Shown: in pieces, positions 39,003 to 51,399 of the stretch
Layout of the letters: each line of letters opens with the position of its first letter
How positions within the stretch are numbered: the stretch's first letter is position 1
DNA from: Yuukianura sp. NJ FZ-2021
Lineage: Eukaryota
DNA: 64,000 bases
NCBI GenBank assembly: GCA_046563655.1
Contig: CM102288.1
Span: 5,890,001-5,954,000, forward strand
Direction: 5' to 3'
Notes under the pieces: generated by a model
Databases searched by the model: none
What the model was told of the DNA's origin: nothing
The model's input: the letters and a program-made list of their open reading frames with translations, nothing else
Translations under genes and position numbers: made by a program

Positions 39003-39908
39003 AATGAATTTTGTTAATAAATATATTATGTATATAACATATAATATACATATGTATATGTATATGTGTATATTAATTGGAGTCAAATATTAATCCAAAG
39101 ATACAGAAACAAGGCCGAGGTAATGTTAAACCCGAACTTAAAAACTGCTCTGAAATGTTTGCAGGCGTTGAAAAATGAGCCTGAATTCTAATTTGGAATA
39201 TTGATTTTTCCTAGATGCTTGATTAGTATAATTAGTGTTACGCCAGAGAGCTCGAAGGTTACATTTTGCACTGGAGGAACAATTCGAAATTACAGTGTGA
39301 CATGCCAAAATTCACGCCCTACGATTTTTAAAGTAAACTTTTAAGTTTCTTCGTGTCTACTTTTCGCTGAGCAACGTCTTTACAGTAATTAAAAAAAAGA
39401 TAAAATTCTGAATTTCGCATGTTAGAGGAACTGAAATTTCCGAACCCTTCCAAATTTTCTGGAACCACCAAAAATAAAAATTTCTGAGACTTGAAACTAA
39501 AAAGTTCGAAGTTGTTCAACAGCTATTAAGAAGTAGCCAAAACTACCTTATAGAGGTTTGTGTTAAAACCGAATTTGAAAATTTTGTGAAATGTTGGCAG
39601 GAGGTTCAAACTTAGGGTGATTTCAAATTTGAAATGTTGATTATTCTTAAGATAAAGATTTATTCAACATTTAACTAAAAACATGCACCTGCCAATGGCA
39701 GGTTGAACCTTGATTATTCTTGTATGCTTGTTTAGTGTTTGTTAACCCCAGAGAGTTCCAAGGTTACATTTTGCTCAGGACGAGAAGTTGAAAAATAGTA
39801 AACAATGTTTAAAGTTAAAATTTTAAAAATAAAATTGTTGCGTTTTGGTACAATGTTAAATTTTGCTTGATAGAGGAAATGAGGACATACAACGATTTAT
39901 TTTCAAAA

Positions 39909-42344
39909 CTAACGTGGTTTAAAAAAACTACATTGATGTTTAAACATAAATAACTTAAACCTTACACTCAACCGGTAAAACAGCTCACTACTAAATTGGC
40001 TGTAAATTTTATCCCATGTAAATTCAACAAAAAATACACCAATTGATAGGATTTGAAGTACAAAACAAACGATGATGGAGTTGAGCATAGGTGTTCTCAG
40101 CCCCCAAAAATCTGATGTTGTATTTCGTTCTTTTGTGCCGATTCGGATGGCCTGTCTCTGGTTTCCATCAATGTAATTCTTGTCCCAGAATCTATCTATT
40201 CCCGCTGCGTACAGATTCAGCATTAAGCGATGATATGGAGCACTTAAATAAGAATCATCAGTGTATGCAGTGATCCATTTTTCATCAAAACTTTCTCTCA
40301 CCATGCTACATGCGAGATTTTGAAATTTCGGATTTCCCTTGATTTTCAAAAGATGTGCTGATCCGAACTTGCCCATGATCAGTTCCGTCCCGTAGTCGGC
40401 CATAGCTGCTGCGCACATAGGGGTTGAACCAATTTTTGACATGTCAACAAAATATTGGTCGGTATTATTCAAATTCAAATGTTTTTCGAAACCAAGTTCG
40501 TTTTTTGAGACAAATACGGACGGGTCGTTTGAAATTATTTTAAAACCGTTTTGAAAAAGATCGGAAACGCTCTCGAGGGAAGTTTCTTGAAAAGGCATAG
40601 TGATTTCACTGGAGAAATATGACAGATAAGCTTGTTGTAGCACGACAGTGGCCAACAGGGACACAAAACGGACCAATGTCACCTTGCTCTTGTGTCCAGG
40701 TTGGCCAAGAAAGATCCACAGAGTGTCCATGACATGCATGTACGGAATATTGCGTACGACCAGAAAAAGAGACATCACGCTAAGAAAAAACAGCGTCCAA
40801 GTGGTTATGTCGAAGGGGCAGAAAATGGTGTGGAACAGGTTCGGTTCCTTGACAGTTCTTTTTGTTTTGCAGTAAATGAAGTTCATGGAGTTTACAAACA
40901 TGAGGGTAATGCTCAATTTTGAATTTTTTGTATCTCCCGCCACGTGACGGTTGATCCACGGTGGACCGTGGTTGAGCCACGGTGGACCGTGGTTCAGCCA
41001 TGGTGGGTCACAGTGGTAACAAACTCGTAGAAGTTCACTTGAAAAAAACGTAAATGTTATGTTGAGTTTGGCGGCGGAAATTATTAGTAAAATGTGGGCA
41101 CTTGATTGGCCCTCAAATGTGAGTCCATTTGGAGCTTCCGAAGTTTCTGATAAGTAAAGGAAATCACCCGTTTGATGAGAAAGTCGGCCGTACCTCGTAA
41201 TACGCGACATCGTTTTGGAAAATTTTGATTCCAGGTCAGCAATGTCCGTGGGCGGGGCACCTGATACGGGATCGATGTTGGTTCTAAGCCAAACATACGT
41301 CCAACTTCTAACAAAGCTGGAAGAAAAAGAAATCAGAAAACATAACTGAATTTAACTGATCCACAGCATACCCGAAGCGTAACTTTACCCGAAGGCGACT
41401 TTACATAACTCACTTCACTTACATCCTTGCATTTTACGAGCAGATTAGTTAACGTACGTGCTCATATAAGTTTATGGAAGTCAACACGCTTACATACAAG
41501 GTTTGTTGATTCTTTAGCAGGTTGGGTACTACTTCATGTTTTCCGAATTTGCCAATAATTTTCCATTTTCATTTCTCTCGTAGTCATAGCAATAAAGTAT
41601 TTTTTTTTTATTTTTACATACGAGTTGGTACCAATTTTTTGGATTGGTACATAGTAAATTGGTAGTATAAAAAAAACTTATAATTTTTTTTTTCGTTTTT
41701 TGTGAACAAGCGACATACCCAACCTGTTAGCGGAAAACAAAACAACAACTTTACGTTGTCAAGGAAACTTGCCAACACAGGTTGTCTAATGCATAGATTC
41801 CACCATTCTCCCACATTAGTTCCATGTTACATAACTTATATGGGCATAGTATATTACATAACTTTTGGAATTTTTACATAAATTACCTCGGAGGTCCAGA
41901 TGCTGACTGATCCCAGTATATAACTACGGACATTCTTGGGTGTTGGAATTGGTGTTGGTACTCATCCTCTTCAAATCTTTTCCAAAATTCAATAGAATTT
42001 TGTTTATTGAAGGTCACAAACCATAAGCTACCTTCAAGGTCATCCAAAATCGAGGCTTCCGATAGCTGTTTCAGGAGGAGACTAATGGTCTGATAACAGT
42101 GAAACCACCGAATGTTTGTTCTTGTTTTGTGGCGCCATTTTCCTGATTCTTTGAAACTAATTTGATTGTGTTCGTTATGCCATTGAAGTAACTGCAAATT
42201 GAAAGTATTTTCACACCAGGGGGTGCCTATTCCTAAATCTTGGTGGATTTGTATTCTACTGGCAGGAAATACTGGAAATAGAGTTGAATAATATCGCCGA
42301 ACCAAAAGTGCTAAAAATATTATTAGCTGTTGTGATACTCTCAT
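39909..42344 (-). CDS. Divergent ionotropic receptor-like protein, copy 2
   Basis: ORFs 41883-42344 and 39909-41210, with the same two-exon structure and TM motifs as copy 1. Confidence 0.75.
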
Positions 42345-43134
42345 AATTACCGATGCAAAATGTGGATTTAATTTAAAGTTAATCGGAAAGTCAATTAATC
42401 CAACGGTACTTTGACAGGACGTACTTGTGAGAAAGCAAAAGTAAAGTTGGTAGTGTTAACGTTAAAACCGAATTGGAAAGTTTTGTGACATGTTTGCGGG
42501 CGATGGAAACTGAATGTAAATTCAAATTCTAATTTGGAATGTTGATTTTTCCTAGATGTTTGATTAGTATAATTAGTGTTATGCCAGAGAGTTCCAAGGT
42601 TACAATTTGCACAGGAGGAACAACTTGAAATTATGTTCAGCTAAAAGTAGACATCCCAAAATTCACGCCCCACAATTTTTAAAGTAAACTTTTAAGTTTG
42701 TTCGTGTCTACTTTTCGCTGATCAACATCTTTACAGTATATTTAAAAAAAATAAAATTCTGAATTTCGTGTTAAAGGAACTGGAATTTCCGAACCCTTCC
42801 AAACTTTCTGGAATCATCAAAAATTAAGATTTCTACGACTTGAAACCAAAAAGTTCGAAGTTGCTCAACAGCTATTATGAAGTAGCGAAAGCTACTTTAT
42901 GGCTTGACCTTGTCCGTCCGTCCGTCAACGGAGATTTTCATTAGTGCTAAATTTTTCAATTCTCAATTTGATTTATGTACTGAGGCATGCTGTTTAAATA
43001 GGAATGTACATATAAATTTAAACTATAAAAAATTTACAGTTGGATGATACTTGGTATGGTAAATTATTTCCAAAACTAATATCGCCTCAAAATATTATTT
43101 TGATGTTTAAACATAAATAACATAAAGCTTATAG

Positions 43135-45065
43135 TCATTTGTAAATCAACTGAACTGTACTAAATTTGTCATCAACTTTATCCCATCCAAATTCAACAAA
43201 AAATACACCGATTGATAGGATTTTAAGTAGAAAACAAACGATGATGGAGTTGAGCATAGGTGTTCTGAGGCCCCAAAAATCCGATACCCCCGTTCTGTCT
43301 TTTCTGCCGATTCGTATGGCCTCTCTGGCATTTCCATCAATGTAATTCTTATCCCAGAATGTATCGATTCCTGCTGCATACAGATTTAGCATTAAACGGT
43401 GATAGGGAGCGCTTAAATAAGAGGCATCAGTGTATGCAACGGTCCAGTGTTCCTCAAAACTCTCCTTCACCATGTGACAAGCGAGATTTTCAAATTTCGG
43501 ATTTCCCTTGATCTTCAAGAGTTCTGTCGATCCAAACTTTTTCTCGATCAGTTCCGTGCCGTAGTCGGCCATGGTCCCTACGCGGATTGGCCTTGAATCT
43601 GAATGTATTTTTGAGACGTCAACAAAATATTTGGCGGTATTGTTCAAATTCAAATGTTTGTTGAAAGCCGGTTCGTAGTTTGAGACAAACTCATTTGGGA
43701 CATCCGAAATTATTTTAAAACCGTTTTGAAAAAGATCGGAAACGCTCTCCAGGGAAATTTCTTGAAAAGGCATAGTGATTTCACTGGAGAAATATGACAG
43801 GTAAGCTTGTTGTAGCACGACAGCGGTCACCAGGGAAACAAAACGGAGTAGGGTCACCTTGCTCCTGTGTCCAGGTTGGCCAAGAAAAATCCACAGAGTG
43901 TCTAGGACGTACATGTACGGAACATTACGCACGACCAGAATAAGGGACATAACGCTTAGAAAAAAGAGCGTCCAAGTGGTTATGTCGAAGGGGCAGAAAA
44001 TGGTGTGGAACAGGTTCGGTTCCTTGACGGTTCTTTTTGTTTTGCAGTAAATAAAGTTCATGGAGTTTACAAACATGAGGGTAATGCTCAATTTTGAATT
44101 TTTAGTATGTTCTGCAACGTGACGTTTGACCCACGGTGGACCGCGGTTGATCCACGGTGGGTCACAGTGGTAACAGACTTGAAGTAGAAACGCTCTTTCC
44201 GCCCCCTCAAATGTTATGTTGAGTTTGCGAGCGGAAATTTGAAGTAAAGCGTAAGAGGTTCCTTTATCCCAACGTGTGAATCCAGTTGAAGCTTCCGAAG
44301 TTTCTGTTACATAAGTGATATTTGAATATTTTGAAGAAGCCCAGCCATAACTAATACGTGTCAGCATTTTGGAAAATTTTGATTCCAGGTCAGCAATGTC
44401 CGACGGCGGGTCACCTGGCACTGGATTGCTGTTTGTTCTAAGCCAAACATAGTTCCATCGTGTACAAAAGCTGGAAAGAAAACATAATTTACTTTAATTT
44501 AAATAAATTCAAGTAAAACGTATAAAGGTATAATACTATTATACCTTTATACATACACACTATTATACTATAATAGTGTAGTAGGGTAATAGCTTACATA
44601 AAAATTACATTGTTACCTCGGAGACCCAGCCGCTGATTGTTCCCAGTACATAACCACGGACATTCTTGGATACTGGAATCCATTTTGGTAGTCCGCAAAT
44701 TTCTGCCAAAATTCACTAGAATTTTCCGCATTGAAAGTTACAAACCACAGACTACTTTGTAGATCATCCAAAATTGAAGCCTCCGAAATGTGTTGAAGCA
44801 GCGGACTAATCGTTTGATAACAGTGAAACCACCGGATGTTCGTCCTTGTTTTGTGGCGCCATTTCTTTGGTTCTTTGAAACTAATTTGATTGTGTTCGTT
44901 ATGCCAATGGAGTAACTGGGAATTCAGGGTATCTTGACACCAGGGGGAGCCTATCCCTAAACCTTGGTGGATTTGGATTCTACTGGCAGGAAATACTGGA
45001 AAAAGAGTTGCAGAATATTGCTGAACCAAAAGTGTTAAAAATATTATTAACTGTGATACTCTCAT
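43135..45065 (-). CDS. Divergent ionotropic receptor-like protein, copy 3 (C-tail shortened by a 1-nt deletion)
   Basis: ORFs 44613-45164 (ATG 45065) and 43135-44421. Confidence 0.72.
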
Positions 45066-45514
45066 AATGAACAATGTAAATTTATGTCTATATAAACTAA
45101 AGTTAATCGGAAAGTCAATTAACCCAACGGTACTTGGACAGGACATACACTTGTGAGAAAGCACAAGTAAGGCTGGCAGTGTTATGTTAAAACCGAATTG
45201 GAAAAGTTTTGTGAAATGTTTGCAGGCGAGGAAACTGAATATGGATTCAAATTCTAATTTAGAATGTTGCTTTTCATGGATGTTTGCTTAGTTTTGCCCC
45301 AGAGGGTTCCAAGTTTACATTTTGCTCAAGACGAACGACTTGAAAACAGTAAGCATGTTTAAAGAAGAGAAAGAAAAGAAAAATAAAATAAAAGTTTTAC
45401 GTGTAATACCAGGAAATGAAATTTCCAAACTTTCTAGTCTGGAGTAAGCAAGTTGCGAGTTACCTTGGAGATAGTCTAAACACGAGTCATCTATTTGAAT
45501 CCTTACGGTAAACG

Positions 45515-46500
45515 AAATAACAAACACCAAAAAATTGGAAAAAATCCTTCGGCGACAATTAAAGCCAAAAATAAGGGGTGAGAACCCAAAACTAAGCTCA
45601 CAACGATTTGGCCCTGATTCGGCTCGATTAACTCAGATTCGGGGTGAATGAAGTCTTAAAAGTTCATTCACCCTACTTCCCGACATGTTGCCCCAGCCCC
45701 CTTCCCAAGGATATTGTCCACACTCCTGGATATATAGTCCTCAGTTCACAATATTGTCTACACTCCAGGACATGTTGTCCTCCCTTCCCAAGATATTGCC
45801 CACTCAATAATTTAACAATTAACCATGCATCGAAGTGCTTTTCTGCTCTTTGTATGTTAAAGTGGCCCTTAAAAGGGCCTTTGGCTGAAGAGATGAGATG
45901 ATGTAGGCTATTGATTTCGGCACCAGCGCTGATATTCCTGTCGCGTAATTCTCTACTAAGGAATCTAACGAGTAATAACGAATTTGATCACGAAATGATG
46001 AAGTTTCGCTTGGAGGGTGATTAAGAGTTATTCTTGCTTTCTATCGCAATTTCATAATAGGATTGTTATTTCTCAATCCATTTTCTAAGATTTGGTTGTG
46101 CCTCTTCCCGTCATGGCTGGTATCCACAACGATGGCTCATTTGTCTGTGCGGAGCATGTCAAAGTTGAAGCGTTTGAAGAATCAGTGAGCTCTGTTAGCC
46201 ATGTACTTCCAGGAGCCTAAGCCCGAATTCGAAGCGATGAGATTAGTCAGCATTCAACTACTTTGGTTCCTGTTCATCACTCTAACCGAACGAAGAAGTT
46301 ATATTACCGTTATGGGTTCTTTTAGATGCTTAAGTTTGCCATATTTGTTTTTATACAATTTCTATAAGAATTATACTTTGTTGAGTTAAGAGCCTCATCG
46401 GTGCCACATCGTTGTGAGCTTAGTTTTGGGTTCTCACCCCTTATTTTTGGCTTTAATTGTCGCCGAAGGATTTTTTCCAATTTTTTGGTGTTTGTTATTT
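45515..46500. mobile_element. ~1-kb non-coding element bounded by 93-bp inverted repeats
   Basis: 45515-45607 is the reverse complement of 46408-46500. No TSD or transposase was seen. Confidence 0.75.
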
Positions 46501-47249
46501 TATAATTTTTGTCTTCATATTTTCCTAAATATTATAAGCCCAATCTATACTCGCTATTTTTCAGGGAAATTTCCTTGGCAACGAATGGGAAACGCAATTT
46601 ATGCTTTTTTTCCTCGATGGCAAACCGTTCCCTGGGGGACGCGAGGGAAAAGGATTTCATAGAGAAAACAATATATGCTTTTCCATAACTTTGTCTTCTC
46701 CTTGCGTTTTCCAAAGTTGAACTCAATCCTACTTTTTTCCCGGGAAAGCGTTGATTATCAGAGTTTGACTGTCTGATTCAGACAGTTGTCACGGTGATTT
46801 TCTACTTTTTTTGTCTCGACAAAAACAACTTCCACACATTTTTCCTCTACCAATTTATACTTTCTCCAGGACAAAGGTCAAAAGTTTGTGTGAGAAAATC
46901 GCAGGGAAATTGTTGAGGGAGAGTTCAGAGGAAAAGTATAGATTGGTGAATCTCAAAAAATTCCAAAGGCAACTTTGCCCGGCTTTTTTCCTTGGGAAAA
47001 GGAAAAAAGTATAAATTCTGCTAAGATCTTCATATGAAGTTTGACTTGCGATATTAGTCTCAATTCGTATTCAGTGAGACAACTTAAATTGGCTGCGTAT
47101 TAAATGGGAAGTTGTTGCTCACATTTGTTAAGATTTTTTATCGATAATGGATCGTTGTCAAAGTGAATTTTAAATTATTTTGAATTTTCTCAAATCTTCA
47201 AATCAAAATTTCGGCTCTTGAAGAAAAGCTTTTGGGTATGTCAATTATG

Positions 47250-48513
47250 CAATCCTATACGAAATTTGCTGCTGGTTCATATTTTCGTGGTCACTAGTTG
47301 GGGCAAGCCTTATTTCCCTTAGCAACGGGTCATAAAACACTGTTGCAGTGGAATTTTGTCATTGGAAACATCACCAATCGATTCAGAACCCTCGAAAAAT
47401 GTCAGATTCAAATTTTCAGATTTTTACTAATTAAATTGCCTGAGTTATTAATTAAAAAGCGAAAAAGTCGACGTTCAAATTCCATTCCTGAGGTTTAGCT
47501 CATAGTAGGTTGCTAAGGGCAACCAACTTAATTCGTGTTTGTTGTCACCTCAGGAAAAACTGCATATAACAGGTATGAATGTTGCAGCGAAAGGAAGTGA
47601 CAACTCGTTACTCAGAAATGTTAAAATAGTTACAGAAGAATGCTTTGTTGTCATAGTGAATTTTAAAAATATCGGTTCCATTACAAAATTTTGAAATGCA
47701 ATTTCCCGAAATGCTTATCCGAGTTTGTGTATCTAAACACTGCAATCCTATAGGAAATTTGCTTCTGATTCATATTTTCGTGGGCTCTACTTGGGGCAAG
47801 CCTTAGTTCTGTTAGCAACGGGCCATAAAACACTGTTGCGATGAAATTTTGTCATTGGAAGCCTCGCCAATCGATTCAGAACCCTCGAAATATGTCCGAT
47901 TCAAATTTTCAGCTTTTTACTAATTATACTGCCTGAGTTATTAATTAAAAACCGGAAAAGTCGACGTTCAAATTCCACTCCTGAGGTTTACCTCATAGTA
48001 GGTTGCTAAGGGCAACCAACTTAATTCGTGTTTGTTGTCACCTCAGGAAAAAGGCAATTTGTTACTCAGAATTGTTGGAATTGTTACTGTAGAATGCCTA
48101 GTTGTCATAGTGAATTTTGAAAGTATTGGATCGAAAAGATTAAAATCAAAATTTTAAAATGTAATTTTCTAAAATATATAACCGAATTTGCTTATCTAAT
48201 TATGTCAATCCTACAGGAAATGAGTTGCTGCGTCATATTTTTTTGGTCTCTGGTTGGGTCGAGCCGTATTTCCCTTAGCAACGCGCCGTAAAACCCTGTT
48301 GCGATGGAATTTTGTCATTGGAAACTTCACCAATCGATTCAGAACCCTCGAAATATGTCAGATCCAAATTTTCAGATTTTTATTAATTAAATTGCCTGAG
48401 TTATTAATTAAAAACCGGAAAAGTCGACGTTCAAATTCCATTCCTGAGGTTTACCTCATAGTAGGTTGCTAAGGGCAACCAACTAATTCGTGTTTGTTGT
48501 CACCTCAGGAAAA
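47250..48513. repeat. Three tandem copies of a ~460-490-bp unit with nested hairpins
   Basis: Units start at about 47250, 47743 and 48206. Each core ends tcctgaggt...ggttgctaagggcaacc...acctcagga. Confidence 0.85.
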
Positions 48514-48777
48514 ATCCTCTGATGAGACTGATTATCTTTTGGTGAAAAAAATAACAAGAGTTGAAAAAATTCGCATTTTCATAAATCAATATCACTACTA
48601 ACCAACCTTATAATCAAAAATTCTTTTTTTCGTTTTTTTTTAATATTTGCAACATTTCTCTCACGTAATTCCTTAAATAAACAAAGAAATTATTTTTCTA
48701 GCGTTTACTTTTACGTGGAACACTAGTATAAATATTTACAGTTGGATGATACTAGCGATGGTAAATTATTTCCAAAA

Positions 48778-50856
48778 CTAATTTCGTCTCAAAATATTAT
48801 TTTGATGTTTAAACATAAATAACTTAAAGCTAATAGTCCACTTGTAAATCAACTGAACTCTGCTAAATTTGTTATAAACTTTATCCCATGTAAATTCAAC
48901 AAAAAATACACCAATTGATAGGATTTTAAGTACAAAACAAACGATGATTGAGTTGAGCATTGGTGTTCTCAGGCCCCAAAAATCCGAAATCGTTTTTCCG
49001 TTTTTTCTGCCGATTCGTATGGACTTTCTCTTGTATCCATCAATGAAATTCTTATCCCAGAATCGATCGATTCCTCCTGCATACAGATTTAGCATTAAGC
49101 GGTGATAGGGATCGCTGAAATAAGAGTTTTCAGTGGACGCAGTGATCCAATCTTCCTCAAAACTTTCTTTCACCATGCTACAAACGAGATTTTCGAATTC
49201 CGGATTTCCCTTGATCTGCAAAAGATGTGCCGATCCGAACTTTCCCGCGATCAGTTCCGTCCCGTAGTCGGCCATTGCCCCTGCGCACATAAGCGTTGAA
49301 CCAACTTTTGAAACGTCAACAAAATATTTCGCTGAATTATTCAAATCCAAATGTTTTTTGAAACCCGGTTCGTATGTTGAGACAAACTCGTGTGGGGCGT
49401 TTGAAATTATTTTAAAACCGTTTTGAAAAAGATCGGAAACGCTCTCGAGGGAAATTTCTTGAAAAGGCGTAGTAATTTCACAAGAGAAATATGACAAATA
49501 AGCTTGTTGTAGCACGACAGTGGCCAACAGGGACACAAAACGGAGCAATGTCACTTTGCTCTTGTGTCCAGGTTGACCAAGAAAGATCCATAAAGTGTCT
49601 ATGACATGCATGCACGGAATGTTGCGTACGACCAGAAAGAAGGACGACACGCTTAGAAAAAAGAGCGTCCAAGTGGCGATGTCGAAGGGGCAGAAAATTG
49701 TGTGGAACAGGTTCGGTTCCTTGACGGTTCTTATTGTTTTGCAGTAAATGAAGTTCATGGAATTTACAAACATGAGGGTCATGCGAAATTTTAAATTTTG
49801 AGAAGCTCCGTCCACGTAAGGGTTGACCCTGAGAGGGCCACAATGGTAACAGACTCGAAGTAGAACTTCAGTTTGAGTGGGCTCAAATGTTACGTTTAGT
49901 TTGAGTGCAGAAATCACAAGTAGAATGTAGGCACTGGATTCGCTCCAAACTGTAAGTCCTTGTGGCGCTTCTGAGGTTCTTGAAATGAAAAGGAGACTTG
50001 GCGTGTCTGGAATCGCAAAGCCGTACAAAATACGCGACATTGTTTTGGGAAATTTTGATTCCAGGTCAGCAATGTCCGTGGGTGGGTCACCAGACACTGG
50101 ATTGCTGTTGGTTCTACGCCAAACATATTTCCATGTACAAAAGCTGGAACAAAAAAAAACATGACGATTTTACGTTACATAACTTACATAACGTGCATTA
50201 CGTATACGAACACATCAGTGAAAATTATATAAACCATTTACTACATTTCGTAATTCAACAACAGCAAACAAATGCAAAAATACAAAAACTCCACTTCTTT
50301 TTTTACATAATTTTCACGATTGTGTTGCATTACTTCCATGCCTATTATATTATGTAAATTGCATAATACATAATTTGTATAATGGTTTGCATAAATTACA
50401 CTACCTCGAAGAACCAGCTACCGATTGTTCCCAGTACATAACAACAGACGTTCTTGGATACTGGAATTCGTTTAGGAATACCTCCGCAAAATTTTTCCAA
50501 AATTGAACAGAATTTTGTTCGTTGAAGGTCACAAACCACAAACTTCCTTCAAGGTCATCCAGAATTGAAGCCTCCGCAAGTTGTTGAAGGAGCGGACTAT
50601 TCGTCCGATAACAGTGAAACCATCGGATGTTCGTCCTTGTTTTGTGGCGCCATCTTCTTGATTCTTTGAAACTAATTTGATTGTGTTCATTATGCCAATG
50701 GAGTAACTGCAAATTCAGAGTATTTTGACACCAGGGGGTGCCTATTCCTAAACCTTGGTGGATTTGGATTCTACTGGCAGGAAATACTGGAAATAGAGTT
50801 GCAGAATATTGCTGAACCAAAAGTGCTAAACATATTATTAACTGTGATACACTCAT
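48778..50856 (-). CDS. Divergent ionotropic receptor-like protein, copy 4
   Basis: ORFs 50401-51009 (ATG 50856) and 48778-50097. Confidence 0.75.
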
Positions 50857-51399
50857 AATTACCGATACAAATTTATGTGTATTTAATTTAAAGTTAATCG
50901 GAAAGTCAATTATTCCAAAAGGTACTTGACAGGACGTACACTTGTGAGAAAGCAAAGGTAAAGTTGGTAGTGTTAATGTTAAAACCAAATTGGAAAAGGT
51001 TTGTGACATGTTTGCAGGCGATGGAAACTGAATGTAAATTCAAATTCTAATTTGGAATGTTGATTTTTCATGGATGTTTGATTAGTGTTGCCCCAGAGGG
51101 TTCCAAGGTTACATTTTGCTCAGGACAAACGACTCAAAAATAGTAAACATGTTTAAAGAAAACAAAAAATAAAATAAAAATTTTAGATGTTGTTGGGAAA
51201 TGAAATTTCCGAACTCTCTAGAGAATCACAAAAAAAATTCTCAGACTTAAAACTAAAACCTTGTTTCCCGACAGTGGTTAACTTACTAAATAATAAATTT
51301 CCACTTTATAACAAAGTATTTATTGTTGATGACTACCTATGCCTGCGATTTCTTTGATCCAAACTTCGAAAGAGTTTGTTTGTTGTCATGGCATAAATG

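Noticed and set aside
47298..48472. Repeated 66-72 aa ORFs
   Set aside because: They start at non-ATG codons, lie in tandem repeat units, and the middle copy is disrupted by a stop.
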